64,000 nucleotides of DNA from Owenia fusiformis (lineage: Eukaryota). The translations under genes were made by a program, and so were the position numbers. The stretch's first letter is position 1; each line of letters begins with the position of its first letter. The notes under the pieces were generated by a model, which was not told the origin of the DNA, did no database searches, and was given only the letters and a program-made list of their open reading frames with translations. The stretch is taken from NCBI GenBank assembly GCA_903813345.2, contig CAIIXF020000001.1, forward strand, positions 31,434,001 to 31,498,000, in the 5' to 3' direction. Below are positions 50,594 to 64,000 of this stretch, piece by piece.

Positions 50594-51060
50594 GTACGTA
50601 AAGTACAATTACTATATTTAGATGTTATGTTACAATTTCTCACAAATGTCAAATATCTAATTTATTCGGAGAAATCCCGAATATCCGAATGTTTAGTTAA
50701 TGCTAATCCCGATTTATACTCAAAATTCCGATTTTCGAAAATCCCTGATTTTTCAGAAAAAATATTGTTCATAGAATCTCCAGATTTTTTGTTAAAAAAC
50801 TATTAGTTTACAAGACATCCCTAAATTCGACATCCCAAAACTCCCGATTTCAAGACAACCCTTAATATCTATCGATCATTAAAATCATCTGTTTCTATAT
50901 TCATTGTATATGACTCACGATAAGGGGTGAATTTAAATGATGCAAAATGTTCCATTGAACATACAAGATGTGAAGTTCTTGCAAGATCTTTATAGTTCGC
51001 CCTAATGGGGAGTCATTTCCAAAGTTGAAGAGCTAGGCCCTACAGTAAAAAGGAAGGTAC

Positions 51061-51954
51061 TGTAACCGGACGAAACGGGGAGGGGAATGGGTCTTTTAAA
51101 CGGGGCCTGATATATCAAATATAACATGCAACACGACAAGCAATATAAAATATAACAATATGTACAAGGTTTATTTATTTAAAATCAATCAATAAAACAT
51201 TATGATCAAAATAGTAATATTGCACTGAGAGAAAGAACAATGGTATTTATGATGCTTTTAATTTAATCTATTACTCTAGATATGTAAATGTCTTTATAAA
51301 CGTCTTTCAAAATAATACTACAGAAATGTCTATTCAAAATGTCTATAAAAGATAATAAAAGCTATGCGAGACGATATAAGGCACTTGGTTGGGGGAAATC
51401 GTTCTTCAAGGAGCGTGGAAAGTTCTGCTCGAGATGGCGGGGAACTTGGCTGACTGTGTGTTGAAATCCTACGGTGATAGTTTCTTCGATCAGCGAATTC
51501 CAGCTGCTACGGCACCCCAACGGACTGCTGTAGATTCACAGCTTACGAATCCTTTATCTTAGGTTGCTCATTGCTGTCTATCGTCGTTGACGAAGTCTTT
51601 ATCCCGATGTCACATCCACTCCATAAACAGGAATCCTTTCACCTAGAAAATGTGCATAGCCCTACCTTGTAGTCGTGCCTCCAGATATCGTCTGACGCCC
51701 TACAACGCTGGCGATCTAACATTCGATTCAATCGTGAGTAATAATTTCCGACTCGCGTTCGAATTGAGTTTTCCGTCGTGGTTTGCTTCTTCGTAGTTAC
51801 AAAACCGGTTTATTTCCGATTAGTCTACCACACAGGATTCGTATTTAAAGTGTTGCTCCGTTTTTGAGTTTCAGTGGAATAGGCTTTAAAATATCATACT
51901 ACCGCAACTGCGAAAGCTTTATGTATTAATAATTTCGTTAAGCAGGCCGTTACA
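51061..51954 (-). mobile_element. 3' LTR (894 bp) of a minus-strand Ty3/gypsy retrotransposon
   Basis: TGTAAC..GTTACA ends, preceded by GTAC. A minus-strand polypurine tract AAGAGGGGGAGCTA lies immediately internal (51955-51968). Confidence 0.92.
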
Positions 51955-53832
51955 TAGCTCCCCCTCTTATAAATTGACGTCCTCGTCATTAACATTTAAT
52001 ATATTCCTCTATTCTATTTAGTTAAATATGTGACTGGAACATTTCATTTTCATATTTTCAAAAATTCCACAGTCGTCTTCAAAATAAAACTCAAATCCAC
52101 TTCATAGAAACTTCACATGGTCACCAATTAAGGCCTCGGCTTCACAATGTAACTTAGTAGATATCTCTCTGTTAGGTCTATATACGTATTCATCAAACAT
52201 CTTCAAAAATATCGATCAATATCTATGTACAATGCAGATTTCAATAAAAATGTTTAACAGAAATTCTCAGATATGATGCTTTCACCCCTTCCTTTCTTTA
52301 GTTAACGTCCTCGTTAAGACAAATCATTGCTGGGCGATGCCTAACTAGCCATAACAAATCACATATCTTCTTCAAATCATATATTTCCAATGCTACTTGC
52401 ATATTCCTCCATTAATAATACTGTATTCCTTTACATGTTTTTTCCTATTTACAGCTCAAAAATACATCCTTACTAACAAGTCATTTCATTTCTTGGATTG
52501 GAGTTTTTATATTCCTCTCTAATAAAATACGTGCGTGATCAAACAAAACAATAGACCAAACTATGCACATCATCATTAATAGTTTCCACAAGTATCACTC
52601 TCTCCATATATCCAAAGCTAGTACTCTTATTCCAAACGATTATTCTCCACTATTCCAACTCTATGCAAGTTGTATCACCTGGATCACCATAACCATAATC
52701 AGTGAAACTTGATTTAGCAGCTACCAAATCTATCAGATCCAACTGTCTGTCCTTACTTTCAGCATGATTCCTATAAGGTACTACACCTCCCCATGACACA
52801 ATTGTACGTGCCCATCCACTTAGTATATACAATACAAGAGTTCATCGATCAAAATTAATTGATGATAAATAAATCGATCATAGTCCCGGGAACTGATCAC
52901 AAATTCACATCCACACTTTCATCAGTTGAAGAAACCGTCAAAGAAAATGGACACCATATTTCTCACATGGTTAACATTCACGCATTCATTCAGTCTTTGT
53001 TCAATCGCTTTTAATGGGTAACAATCCCATACACAGTCACACAAATCAAGTTAAAATACATAATGTCGTCTTCTTAAACGAATCCACCACATCCGAAGAT
53101 TCAGCTTCTTAAAATAACCGTTCCTTCAAATGTCCTTTAATGTAACTGCCAGACAAGTAAACACTTCATAGATTCTGGATCACCAAGTACCTTCTTTCAA
53201 CATTTTCCAAATAATCATTAACGGCATTGCTAAAGAAACTTCGGCATACACTAGTTCAAGCTATGCGATCCACCTTAAGGCAAGCAATTACTTGCATGAA
53301 TACATATTCTACGGCAAGAACTTATTTACTGAATCTGAAGCATTACATGACGCACTTTGGAAAACATTTAAAGTTGGTTTATTCAACTGCAAAACGTGTT
53401 GCTTCTCGTTATTTGACACATCAATATATATATCCCCTTCAATCTATTTTTTCCCTAAACCACTATGTTGTTTACATCCGACATCAATCATTCTTCAATT
53501 CCTACTAGTTGACAACAACTCATGTAATCATTTACAATATTTATCTAAGCACATATAGTTGAGTTTCCAAAAATCTTCTCCAATTTCTTCACAACCACGT
53601 TAAACTGTAAACAAATCCTTTGGGTTCTATCATCAAAACATATTTACACAATTATCTACAACAATATGTATCTTAATCTTCCTCACTCTACTGCAACTGT
53701 CCTAGACGGTCACTAATATGCTGAGAACATTGTCTCTTATCATTTCACATCTTGTATCACATGACACCTAATATAATCCTTTGCAGATTCATTCAAATGT
53801 GAAAATGGCTAAAACGTATTATGGCAAGAATC

Positions 53833-56800
53833 CTATCCTTTCCATTTGCACAAATACTCTAGTTTACCATTTCTCTTTCTTTTACCGAGAATCTTCTCTA
53901 CTTCATAGAATTCTTCTGATTCTCCTTGATCATCTTCGTTTTGATTCATTTGTGTATCAGCCTCATCTTCATTTGAACCATCATCCTCAGTTTCATTATG
54001 TTCCACTTCTACAGGCTCTGTTGTTGCTTGTATTACCTTTTGCATATCTTGTACATGACGTGCTGGATTTTCTGCTTGTTCTACTTCTTCTTGGTCTACA
54101 TCTGCTTCTCTTTTCTTGTACCAAGTCGGCTTATTTTCTCCCATGTATGGCCTTAGTCTGTCTATATGGACTACAGTGGCCTTACTCCTTTTTGATCTTT
54201 GGATCCTAAACGTTATGTCACTTATTCTTTTCGTGATTATGTAAGGTCCTTGATACGGTCTTTGCAATTTTGGTGAGATACCTGGCTTCCTTATTGGACA
54301 ATGCAGCCAAACAGCATCTCCTTCATGCATTATGGTATCTCCTGCTCTCATATCATAATTCTTCTTTTGTCTCAGACTGTTCTTTTTGAGACTCTCTCTA
54401 GCAAAGGCATGAGCACTTTCCATTCTGTTCTCCATTGTTGCTACATATTCAGTCTCCTCTTTATCATTTTCTCCGGGTGGTGATCCAAACACTATATCTA
54501 CTGGCAAGTTCAATTGCCTTCCAAGCATCATTTCACATGGTGTAAATTGTGATGTGTCATGAACTGAGGTGCGATAAGCTAACATCAAATATGGCAAGTA
54601 CTCATCCCAATCACGTTGATGCTTTCCTACGAACATGCTCAGCATACTCTCTAGTGTGCGGTTAAACCGTTCAACCATTCCATCAGAGCATGGTCTTAGT
54701 GGCGTGGTTCTTGTTTTATTAATTCCAAAAGCCTTGCATACTTCTTGAAAAACCTTGGACTCGTAATTTCTTCCTTGGTCACTGTACATGGCCATTGGAC
54801 AGCCCCATCTACAAATGAATTCCTTGCTCACTATCTCAGCAATTGTTTCTGTTTCCTGAATAGGCATTGCATAGGCCTCTGTCCATTTGGTAAAATAATC
54901 AGCCACTATCAAGATGTATTAGTTTCCTTTTCCTGATGTGGGTAGAGGACCAAGAATGTCTGTCGCGATTCTCTCCATGGGAGCTCCGACTTGATAAAGC
55001 TTCATCTTTGCCCTTTTCTTCTTTAGATTTGGTTTTCGTGATGCACATTGATCACATTGATGGCACCAATTTCTAACATCGCTGCGCAAACTGTGCCAGT
55101 AAAATCTTTCTCTGATCTTTTCCACAGTTTTCATTACCCCTAAATGTCCTCCTGTTGGCATACTGTGCAATTGAAACAATAAGTCGCTGTGCAGTCTCTT
55201 GGGAAGTACCATTTGAAATGTAATCTTGTCTCCTATTTCGGATTCAAAGCGACAGTACAAAATACCTCCTCTTATTTCCAACCTGTCCCATTGAGAATTC
55301 AGATGTTTAGTTGTTGGGCTTTCCTTGCTAATTTCATACCATTGAGGTCGTTTATGCCTTTCAAACGCTTTTAAAATCGGGCTGATGTCCTTGTCATTCA
55401 ATTGCATATTTCTGATTTCTTCTGATGTCCACGCCTCCAATATCTGCTACTCTTGTGGCCTTGAAGTGTTTTCATGTATGGCGTTGACTTTCCCATCTTT
55501 CATGCCACACTGGGGACATACCATTCTTGAAAGTCCATCTGCATTACTATGTGATTTTCCTGCACGGTGTTGAATCTCCATGTCATAGGAACTTAGCATC
55601 TCTAGCCATCTTGCTATTTGTCCATCTGGCTCTTTGAATTTGAACAGCCATTTCAGAGCTTTATGGTCAGTCCTTATAATGAATTTCCTACCATAAAGAT
55701 ATGGTCTGAATTTCTTGACAAATACAACAACTGCTAACAATTCTTTTCTTGTTACGCAATATCTGCGTTCAGATTTATTCAATGTTCGACTGGCGTATGT
55801 TACAGGTTTTTCTACCCCATCTTTGACAATTGATAAAACACCACCTATTCCAAAATCAGATGCGTCTGTGTCTAATATAAATTGACTATCAGCTTCTGGA
55901 TAGGCCAATATGGGAGTTGATGCTATTGCTGTCTTTAGAGTTTGGAAAACTGCTTCACACTCTTTTGACCAAACAAATTTCTGTGTTTTCTCACAAAGTT
56001 GATTGAGGGGTCTTGCAATCGTAGAGTAGTATTTGATGAATTTCCTATAATATCCTACAAACCCATTGAAAGCTCGTACCTCTTTCTGGCAACGTGGGGT
56101 CTTCCAGTTCGCAATTCTTTCCACTTTAACTGGATCGGTTTCAATGCCTTCTGTGGATACTTTATGTCCTAGGAAGATAAGATCTTTCTGGACATTTCTT
56201 GGGTTTCAATTTCATTCCAGATTTCCGGATTCTCTCAAACACTTCCTGCAAATTAGTCAAGGTATTTTCAAAAGATGTTCCCCATGTAAGGACATCGTCG
56301 ATGTACAAAAGCGACGTTTTCCACTGCAATCCGCGGAGTACTGTTTCCATTAATCTTTGGAAAGTGCTTGGGGCATTTGTCAGTCCGAATGGTAAGACAT
56401 TGAAAGAGAATAACCCATCTTTGACAGCAAAACTGTCTTTATCAGCCTCATGCATCTTGACCTGCCAATAGCCGCTTGCTAAATCCATGGAACAAAACAA
56501 TTGTGCCCAAGCTTAGCTTTCGAGGCAAGTGTCCAACCAAGGTATAGGGTATGCATCTTTCCTTGTAACCTCGTTGAGTTTTCTATAGTCAATGCAAAAG
56601 CGGGTTGTCCCATCCTTTTTCTTGACTAAAACTACAGGCGATGACCAAGGGCTGTTGGATGGTTCTATAATTCCAAACTTTAACATCTTTTCCACTTCCT
56701 CTGTCACTATTTTCTGCTGTGCTAAGGCTTGTCGTCTTGGAGGTTGTCTGATTGGCGGATGATTTCCTGTATCTATGGTATGCTCTACAATGGACGTTTT

Positions 56801-59800
56801 TCCCAGATCATTTGATGTTTTTGCGAATATATCCTGATATCTTATAAGGAGATCACCAACTGATTTGGCTTGTTTTGTATTTAAATGAGCACTGCTTCTC
56901 TCATGCAAGTCTTTTAAATATTCTTGAATTTTCTGTGAGGATTTAGAATCTGAAGATGATATGGAGTTAATTCTATTGCCATCCTGATCAAGCACATGGT
57001 CAATTTTGTCAATCAACTCTACTTCGGCTGCCTTAGTATTCTTGTATATCACAATAGGTTGATCTGTTGGGTTTAAAACTCTCAGCGGAATCATCTGTTC
57101 TTTTTCTGTCAGTCTCACTAATTATCTACCAATCATAGCATCATGCTTGTTATTAAATGTTTCAGATGGTTCAATAACACCTAAATGATTTTTGTCTAAA
57201 CTGTAAGAGCCACTAATCCTATTGATCCGGCCTTTTACTATCTGTTCGCTCATTGGTGGTACTTTCACTGTGTTGTTCACAAGTACTTTTATCACTGGTT
57301 GTGAATCTCTTGTCCAACAGTCAACATAATTTTCTCCAATGCGCATTTGTCCGGATCCCATGTCAAGCATGCATTTGTGCTGGACCATAAAATCCATTCC
57401 TAAAATGGCATCTACACTTATATGCGCTATCCATATCTTATGTTGAAACACACCATCTCCAATTCCAAGGCCTATATTGCTGTAACCAACAAGTGGTAAC
57501 TGGCTGCCGTCTGCATTTTTGAATCCATTATAAGGTGGCACAATTATGTCTTTCTCCTTTCCAATTTCCATGAACTTTTCCATAGAGATGATGGAGATAC
57601 ATGATCCGCTGTCAATTAGGAAACTAACTGTCCCCGTCTCTAGTTTTGCCTTTACAAATAGACCATCTTCAAGAATGCTGTTTATGATATCTCGGTCTTT
57701 GTATTTTTCCACTTGTTTCATCATCTTCTTTATTTCTGGTGTAAAGTCAGTATTTATGTTCTGCTCTGACCCAGCACTTCTCCCTTTGCTATTGTCATTA
57801 AAGCGATTTTGATTCCACTCATCTTGCAGCAGTGTCCTCTCTGGTTTTTGTTCCACATTCTGTTTGCTGAAATTTCTTTCCTCATGTACACTGTTTCTAT
57901 CAAATTTGCTGCAACTACCAAACTTTTCAAATCTCCTTCTCCTTTTTCTTAGTTTGTGATTATATGTATATTTTGAGAATTCTCCATGGGGGTATCTCCC
58001 TTCTCCTGTGCTTTCATTCAAATCAGCTGTACAAAATTCTTTAACATGCCTTTTATTGTGACATCTTGTACAGTATAAAACATCAGGACACATATTCGAT
58101 GTGTGATTTCCCTGGCAATTAAAAGATGTGACATCGTGTAAAGTATTCAAAATCTCGCTTTGATCAATACCACCATTAAATGATCTGATATCTGCCAATT
58201 CTCTATTTAAATCATGGATGGCTTCTTGCTGCTCTTTTACTAAGTGTAGTATTTTCTCTACGTAGGTTTGTTCCTTTTCAACAGTCAAAATCATATTTGA
58301 CTTTTCCATTTCATTTTCCTTGAAGACGTTTGCTCCATCTAGAACATTGTACGACTCCCATTCTAGGCCAGCTAATACAGCTTCATCTAGGGTTTTTGCT
58401 TTCGAAAGTCTGATATACGTTTTCATATCTGACTGTTTTGAAATTGCAACCATGAAATGGTCATAGGAAATCTCTTCTCTCAAAGAAAAATTAAATCCAG
58501 GAAACGCTAAAGCTGTCTGCCTACGCAGATATTGCCCTAATTCAGTCAACATTTCTGACGTTCCCCTTCTTTTATTTTTCAAATTACACTTGTTTATCTC
58601 CTTTTGCTCTGGCGAGAATCGTGATTTGAGCTTCTGTGTTAATATTTCATAATCCGATCTGCTTTCTAACGGTATATCAGTCAAGACTTCTCTAGCAGCA
58701 CCTTTTAAATGGATTGCTAATATTTTAGCTTTCTGGACAGTGTTCCATCCATTTATCTCTGCGCATATTTCAAATTGTGACTCATAATCTAGCCATGAAA
58801 TTTCACCATCATATGTATCAGGCTTAGCCTTGTATGTAGACTAGGGTGGTCCAAAATATGGCGAAAAACCAACTTTCTTTCGGATCATCTTCCTCATTTG
58901 ACTTACTGTTGTCCATGACCTAAAACACCTGCAAACCAAATTTTGAGACCCAAATCCCATGGGAAATTTACCCACGCTTCGACTGAAAAATTCGGTTATT
59001 TCATGATTTTTTGCTTTTTTCGATAAATTGCCATCTCCTTTTTCCTGGTATAAAATGTTTCTATTTTTTCATAATAAACATTTTTGTAGGACTCTTTATT
59101 ACTTAATAATACTAGGAGCCCAAACACCAAATTTTGAGACCCAAATCCCATGTGAAATTTACCCATGCTTTGACTGAAAAATTGTGATTTTCACAGTTTT
59201 GTCCGATTTTCAATAGATTACTGTCTCCATTTTCCTGGTATAATATGTTTCTATTTTTTCATAATAAATATTTTTGGATGACTCTTTATTACTTCATAAT
59301 ACTAGAAACCCATACACCAAATTTTGAGACCCAAATCCCATGGGAAATTTACCCATGGTTTGACTGAAAAATTGTGATTTTCACATTTTTTCCGATTTTC
59401 AATAAATTGCTGTCTCCATTTTCCTGGTATGATATGTTTTTATAATAAATATTTTTGAGGACTCTTTATTACTTCATAATACTAAAAACCCATACACCAA
59501 ATATCCACTAAATTTTGAGACCCAAATCCAATGAGAACGTTACCCATGCTTTGACTGAAAACTGGTGCTTATGATAGCTTATGATGTCTGTTTTAGGGGC
59601 ATAATATGTTAATAATAAACATTATGGTAATTCCTTCTTAATCCAAAGAAACACCTAAATATCAAGACTTTAAGTCTTATTGAAAGGCGACAAATTCAGT
59701 AGTTTAGGGAAAATTTAGGATCTTTTACTTGTACATTTATATACTGTGGTTAATATTAAGAAGTGATGACTCGACAGCAACTCAAATGCCTTGAAGATTT

Positions 59801-61548
59801 GGTTTGTTGGTTTCAGTAGGGATACATCATAGGACTTTGTTTGGATTTGTGTGAGATGTCATATTCTTTCTCACATCTTTGCAGGGTAAGGTCAAACATC
59901 AAATCTGGTTTTCTTTGGAGAAATGATTTTTTGATTGATCAATGTATCAATGGCATGGTCTCTGTTGTAAGCAGTAAGCCTGTACCAAATCTTCAAGGGA
60001 TTCGAGCTTCCACTGAGCTATGTCATTTCTCTGAAAATGTCCATGCCCTGAAAGTACACAATGTAGAAGATAGGAAGAGCAATGAGAAACACTTAAGGTA
60101 ATTCTGTATGTTCAGAAATTTTAAGTGGAGTCCAATGTTATTTCTGGAACTCATTCCATACTTGGTCAGCTCTTTCAATTTTACACTGAGTTCAAATATG
60201 TATTTAGATTATTAGTTGATGGTTAGTAATTTTCTATAATGTACTATGTGCTATGTTTATACACTGTTTGTGCATCTGAATGGAATGAGTTATGTGTTCC
60301 TGAAAAAACACGGGGCTCCAATTAGGAAGCCATTAAAACTGAAAATAAGGAATTACCTTCAAGTACTATATAACCATCTTTCACGATGTAACTTATGTAA
60401 GGCCAAACAGGATAATTAAGACAACGTGTAATACAATTTATTACAAATTGCACATCACACAACAATGATATGGTGCTCTAAACGACAAAAATCAAAAGTA
60501 TATGATCAAAGCAAACGTGAATTTCCCATGGGGTTCAGGTCTAAACATTTGGTACATATTAAATGTATGGGGTCCTAGTATTAAGAACGTATTAATGTCC
60601 TCCTAAAATGTTTAAAAACTAAATATAAGATTAATGTTGATCTATTGAAAATAGGAGAAAATTCGCAGAAAGTCACAAATTTTTGGTTGAAGCATGAATT
60701 AATTTCTCATGGGGCCAGGGTCTCAAAATTTGGTGCATATTTGGGGTATGGGTTCCTCGTATTATGAAGTAATAAAGAGTCCTCCCAAAATATTTATTAT
60801 AAAAAATAGAAACATATAATACCAGGAAAATAGAGATGTATTGTATTGTATATGAAATAACCCAATTTTTCAGTCGAACCGTGGGTAAATTTCCCATGGG
60901 ATTTGGGTCTCAAAATTTGATGTATGGGTTCCTAAGTATTATGAAGTAATAAAGAGTCATCCAAAAATATTTATTATGAAAAGACATCTACCATTTTATA
61001 CCAGGAAAATGGAGATGGCAATTTATCGAAAATAGCAAAAAATCATGAAATAACCCAATTTTTCAGTCGAAGCGTGGGTAAATTTCCCGTGGGATTTGGG
61101 TCTCAACATTTGGTGTATGGGTTCCTAGTATTATGAAGTAATAAAGAGTCCTACAAAAATGTTTATTATGAAAAAATAGAAACATATTATACCAGGAAAA
61201 GGGAGATGACAATTTATCGAAAAAAGCAAAAAATCATGAAATAACCGAATTTTCAGTCGAAGCGTGGGTAAATTTCCCATGTGATTTGGGTCTTAAAATT
61301 TGGTGTGCAGGTGTTTTAGGTCATGGACAACAGTAAGTGAAATGAGGAAGATGATCTGAAACAAAGTTGGTTTTTCGCCATATTTTGGACCACCCTAATG
61401 TAGACTTCTGGTAGTTCTCCATTTCATCCGAACAATCAAAATTTCTCATAGATGACGCTTTTCCATATGTCTGTTCATCCTTCGCATAGTTCATTTGCCG
61501 TTTCTTATGGCTTTCAAAATAATCATGCTGTGTATTTCCATGCTCCAT
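53833..61548 (-). pseudogene. Decayed Ty3/gypsy gag-pol (gag, PR, RT, RNase H, IN, chromodomain), interrupted by a hAT element
   Basis: Motifs LIDSGS (PR), [10 protein letters not shown] and YIDD (RT), DTDAS (RNase H), GGHLG, GMVERFNRTL and QGPY (IN), YEVEKIL..EYLCKWKG (chromodomain). Several in-frame stops and frameshifts. gag reads through once 58842-61405 is removed. Confidence 0.93.
58842..61397. mobile_element. Non-autonomous hAT element, 8-bp TSD, very long TIRs built from ~180-bp subunits
   Basis: ATGTAGAC|TAGGGTGGTCCAAAATATGGCG...CGCCATATTTTGGACCACCCTA|ATGTAGAC. Confidence 0.92.
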
Positions 61549-63099
61549 TGCTGAATTACACCTTTAAAATCGTCTTCTAAACGAAAAATCCGCCACTTTA
61601 CAAGTTATTTCACAAAATATATGGCGTTCAGGCAACTTCGTTATAGACACACTTTATGCACTTTATAGACACTGTATGATGCTGCCCTCGGCATTGTCGT
61701 ATAATATTTTCAACGATACAACTATACAAAAGTTTTTGCTACCACACAAGACAACATTTATTTTCCAAACAAACAGTTGGTCGAATATATTCGAGCAGTA
61801 CTGGGTCTTGATCAATAACACAATGTTGGGGCAAAACACACTTTATCTTGTTACGCTACCATTAAAATTGTATGTATTCTTTGCTGAATTACGTTCTTTG
61901 ACGTTTCTAAGTTATAGAGGAGAAATATATTTCTTAATGGTCATCAATGGTTTAGCACCAACATATTAAAAAAATCGATGCCTCATTTTCAAATGGTCTT
62001 TGATTGATGCATTCTGCCATTCATTGTTAGATATTCGATGATCGGTTGAAGTAAATTCAATTCAAGTTACTGTGACAGGTGTAGCATGGAGTGATATGTA
62101 TATAAAAATTATAGAGCTTGCAATTCCTTAGGATTTAATATTTCATCAGGTTGGACAGATCCTGATGTACAAGTATGCGTTTTGTGCGTGTGTAGGACAG
62201 CAAAGAAAACAAGAGCTTTGGGTCGAAGATTTTCTCAGAATAATCAAAACACAACAGGTTCACAGGAAAATACTTTAATTGAGGGGTCGTATATTCTCTC
62301 GGGATTGGTAAGATAACAAGCTTGCAGCAAAAGTATTTATTTATTTACAGCAATTTTATTGTTCACTGAATACATCTGCCTTTTCAGATGACCTCTGATA
62401 GTCGATTTGGTAGAGTTCAGTTTGTAGTTTCACTGATGTGATTGCCCTTTGGCATTCTATACTGCCGTACACCACTGATTGAAGTGATTGCCCTTTGGCA
62501 ATCTGTACTGCTATGCACCACTGTTTCAAGTGACTACTCTTTGGTAATCTATACTGCGAAGCCCTGCTGCACTGTTTAAAGGAATTGCCCTTTGGCAATG
62601 GCTGATGATGCGACTGCTTCTTTGTTTCTGTACTGTATGCTCCGCAAGTTGTATCTGTCAGCAGCAACTGAACCTAAATGTTATGATATCAAATCACGGC
62701 AACCTGAAACGTTGTCCATTTTAAAATAATAAAACACAAATTGATATGTCATAAATATATTGCATCAACTGGGCTGTCAACTGCAAACTGCAACGAACTG
62801 CATCGGCTTGAACTGCACCAGCTTCTAAAATTAAGTCAGTTCTATACAATATTCACTCGCAAAATGTTAGCACATTGATTCACTATAAAAATTTGTGCCG
62901 AGTCTGAACTGTGTGTACTCAGAGCTTCATGGAGTATAATCTTTAGTTGACTAGGTTTCATTGATCAAGCTACATAGAAGTTTCTCAAGATATTTCAATA
63001 CATTTTCAATCAGTTTTGTCTCAATATCAAATCATTTCCTAACATAGTTGCTTAAAGTTTCAACTGCAGGCTACACAGGCCTATACCATTCGAGGTCAC

Positions 63100-63315
63100 C
63101 AAGGTTACTGCTTGAGACGCCGAAGGTCACTGCTTGAGATGTGGAAGGTCACTGCTTGAGATATCGAAGGTCACTGCTTGAGATATCGAAGGTCACTGCT
63201 TGAGATATCGAAGGTCACTGCTTGACATATCGAAGGTCACTGCTTGATGTTATCGAGGTCACTGCTCCAAGTGCTCGAGGTCACTGCTCGAAGTGCTCAA
63301 GGTCACTGCTTGAAG
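63100..63315. repeat. ~22-bp minisatellite, probably in the retrotransposon 5' leader
   Basis: GAAGGTCACTGCTTGAGATATC repeated about 9 times with drift. Confidence 0.9.
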
Positions 63316-64000
63316 CATCCAATGTGAACATCAGCAATACAACCTACAACTGGTTACATATACAATAACCTAAAACTGTTGAGAATATAGAGTACTTAGT
63401 TACAAATGTCCTTACTAGGCTTGTACATCTAAAACTGTGGCGAGTTATACAATGAGTCGCATCAATTTTCAATAGCTACTGGTGACAATACACGATCACA
63501 TAAAATACTGTTAAAATAACAATGCGTTAGTTCAGCAAACGTGTAAACTGTTCATTTCAACACATTAAAACTTCCATTGCATTACCATACCCAGGATCAG
63601 CTAGGGTACACGTACTGCACTGCCTCACTACAGCGCAGTTACACTGCACTGCTATGGTTCCTCGTATAGCTGCACTATTGCTGCACGCCTCTGCTGGACT
63701 GCTCTAGCTCGATGAAACAGCTCTCCGAAGTACGCTGAAGCATGAATCAACGTTGTTGCACTAAATTGGAGTGTCGAATACACTGCTACTTGCTGAATTC
63801 CTAGATGATAGCTGAAACCACTGGACCGCGTTGACTCGAAATTACATGCAGCATTGCATAAAATCTATTGGATTTCTTAGGGTCGTGTTGCCGTACTGCT
63901 GTATGTTGCTTTACTGGGTTATGCCTTTTGCGATAAGACCTACAAATCCCTGGCCTACAATTAAGCTACGCATGCATCTATGCATACATGATACAGTACG

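Noticed and set aside
53781..57812. Plus-strand ORFs overlapping pol
   Set aside because: Antisense shadows of the retrotransposon coding frame with no recognisable motifs.
63050..63100. AAAGTTTCAACTGCAG resembling the exon-A acceptor
   Set aside because: The downstream sequence encodes no TSR and runs into a minisatellite in the probable retroelement leader.

Overview
AT-rich eukaryotic genomic DNA, most likely a marine invertebrate (inferred from composition and transposon content). Two spliced + strand genes for secreted Cys-rich proteins are spread through many nested transposons; the ORF track largely misses both. Gene 1 (5' part upstream of the window) has 12 symmetric phase-1 exons. 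Each encodes an atypical 8-Cys thrombospondin type-1 (TSR)-like module, mostly in alternating A/B types, and a terminal exon follows at 31020-31267. Gene 2 starts at 34517 and reconstructs, with fully phase-compatible GT-AG junctions, as signal peptide, two CX3C-Xn-CX3C helical-hairpin-like modules, a TSR, and the start of a VWD domain; it continues beyond the window. Mobile elements, several delimited by TIRs and target site duplications (TSDs): the 3' part of an AcademX-like (XPG-domain) transposon; a 16.25-kb TA-flanked CAGT..ACTG insertion of unknown nature; an intact intron-containing DD34D mariner; a 9-kb EnSpm/CACTA-like element carrying satellite arrays; several MITEs; a solo LTR; and a decayed chromodomain-bearing Ty3/gypsy element interrupted by a hAT element. 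Both LTR insertions sit at the same position of a shared 20-nt target motif. All calls come from reading the sequence by eye; no database searches were run.
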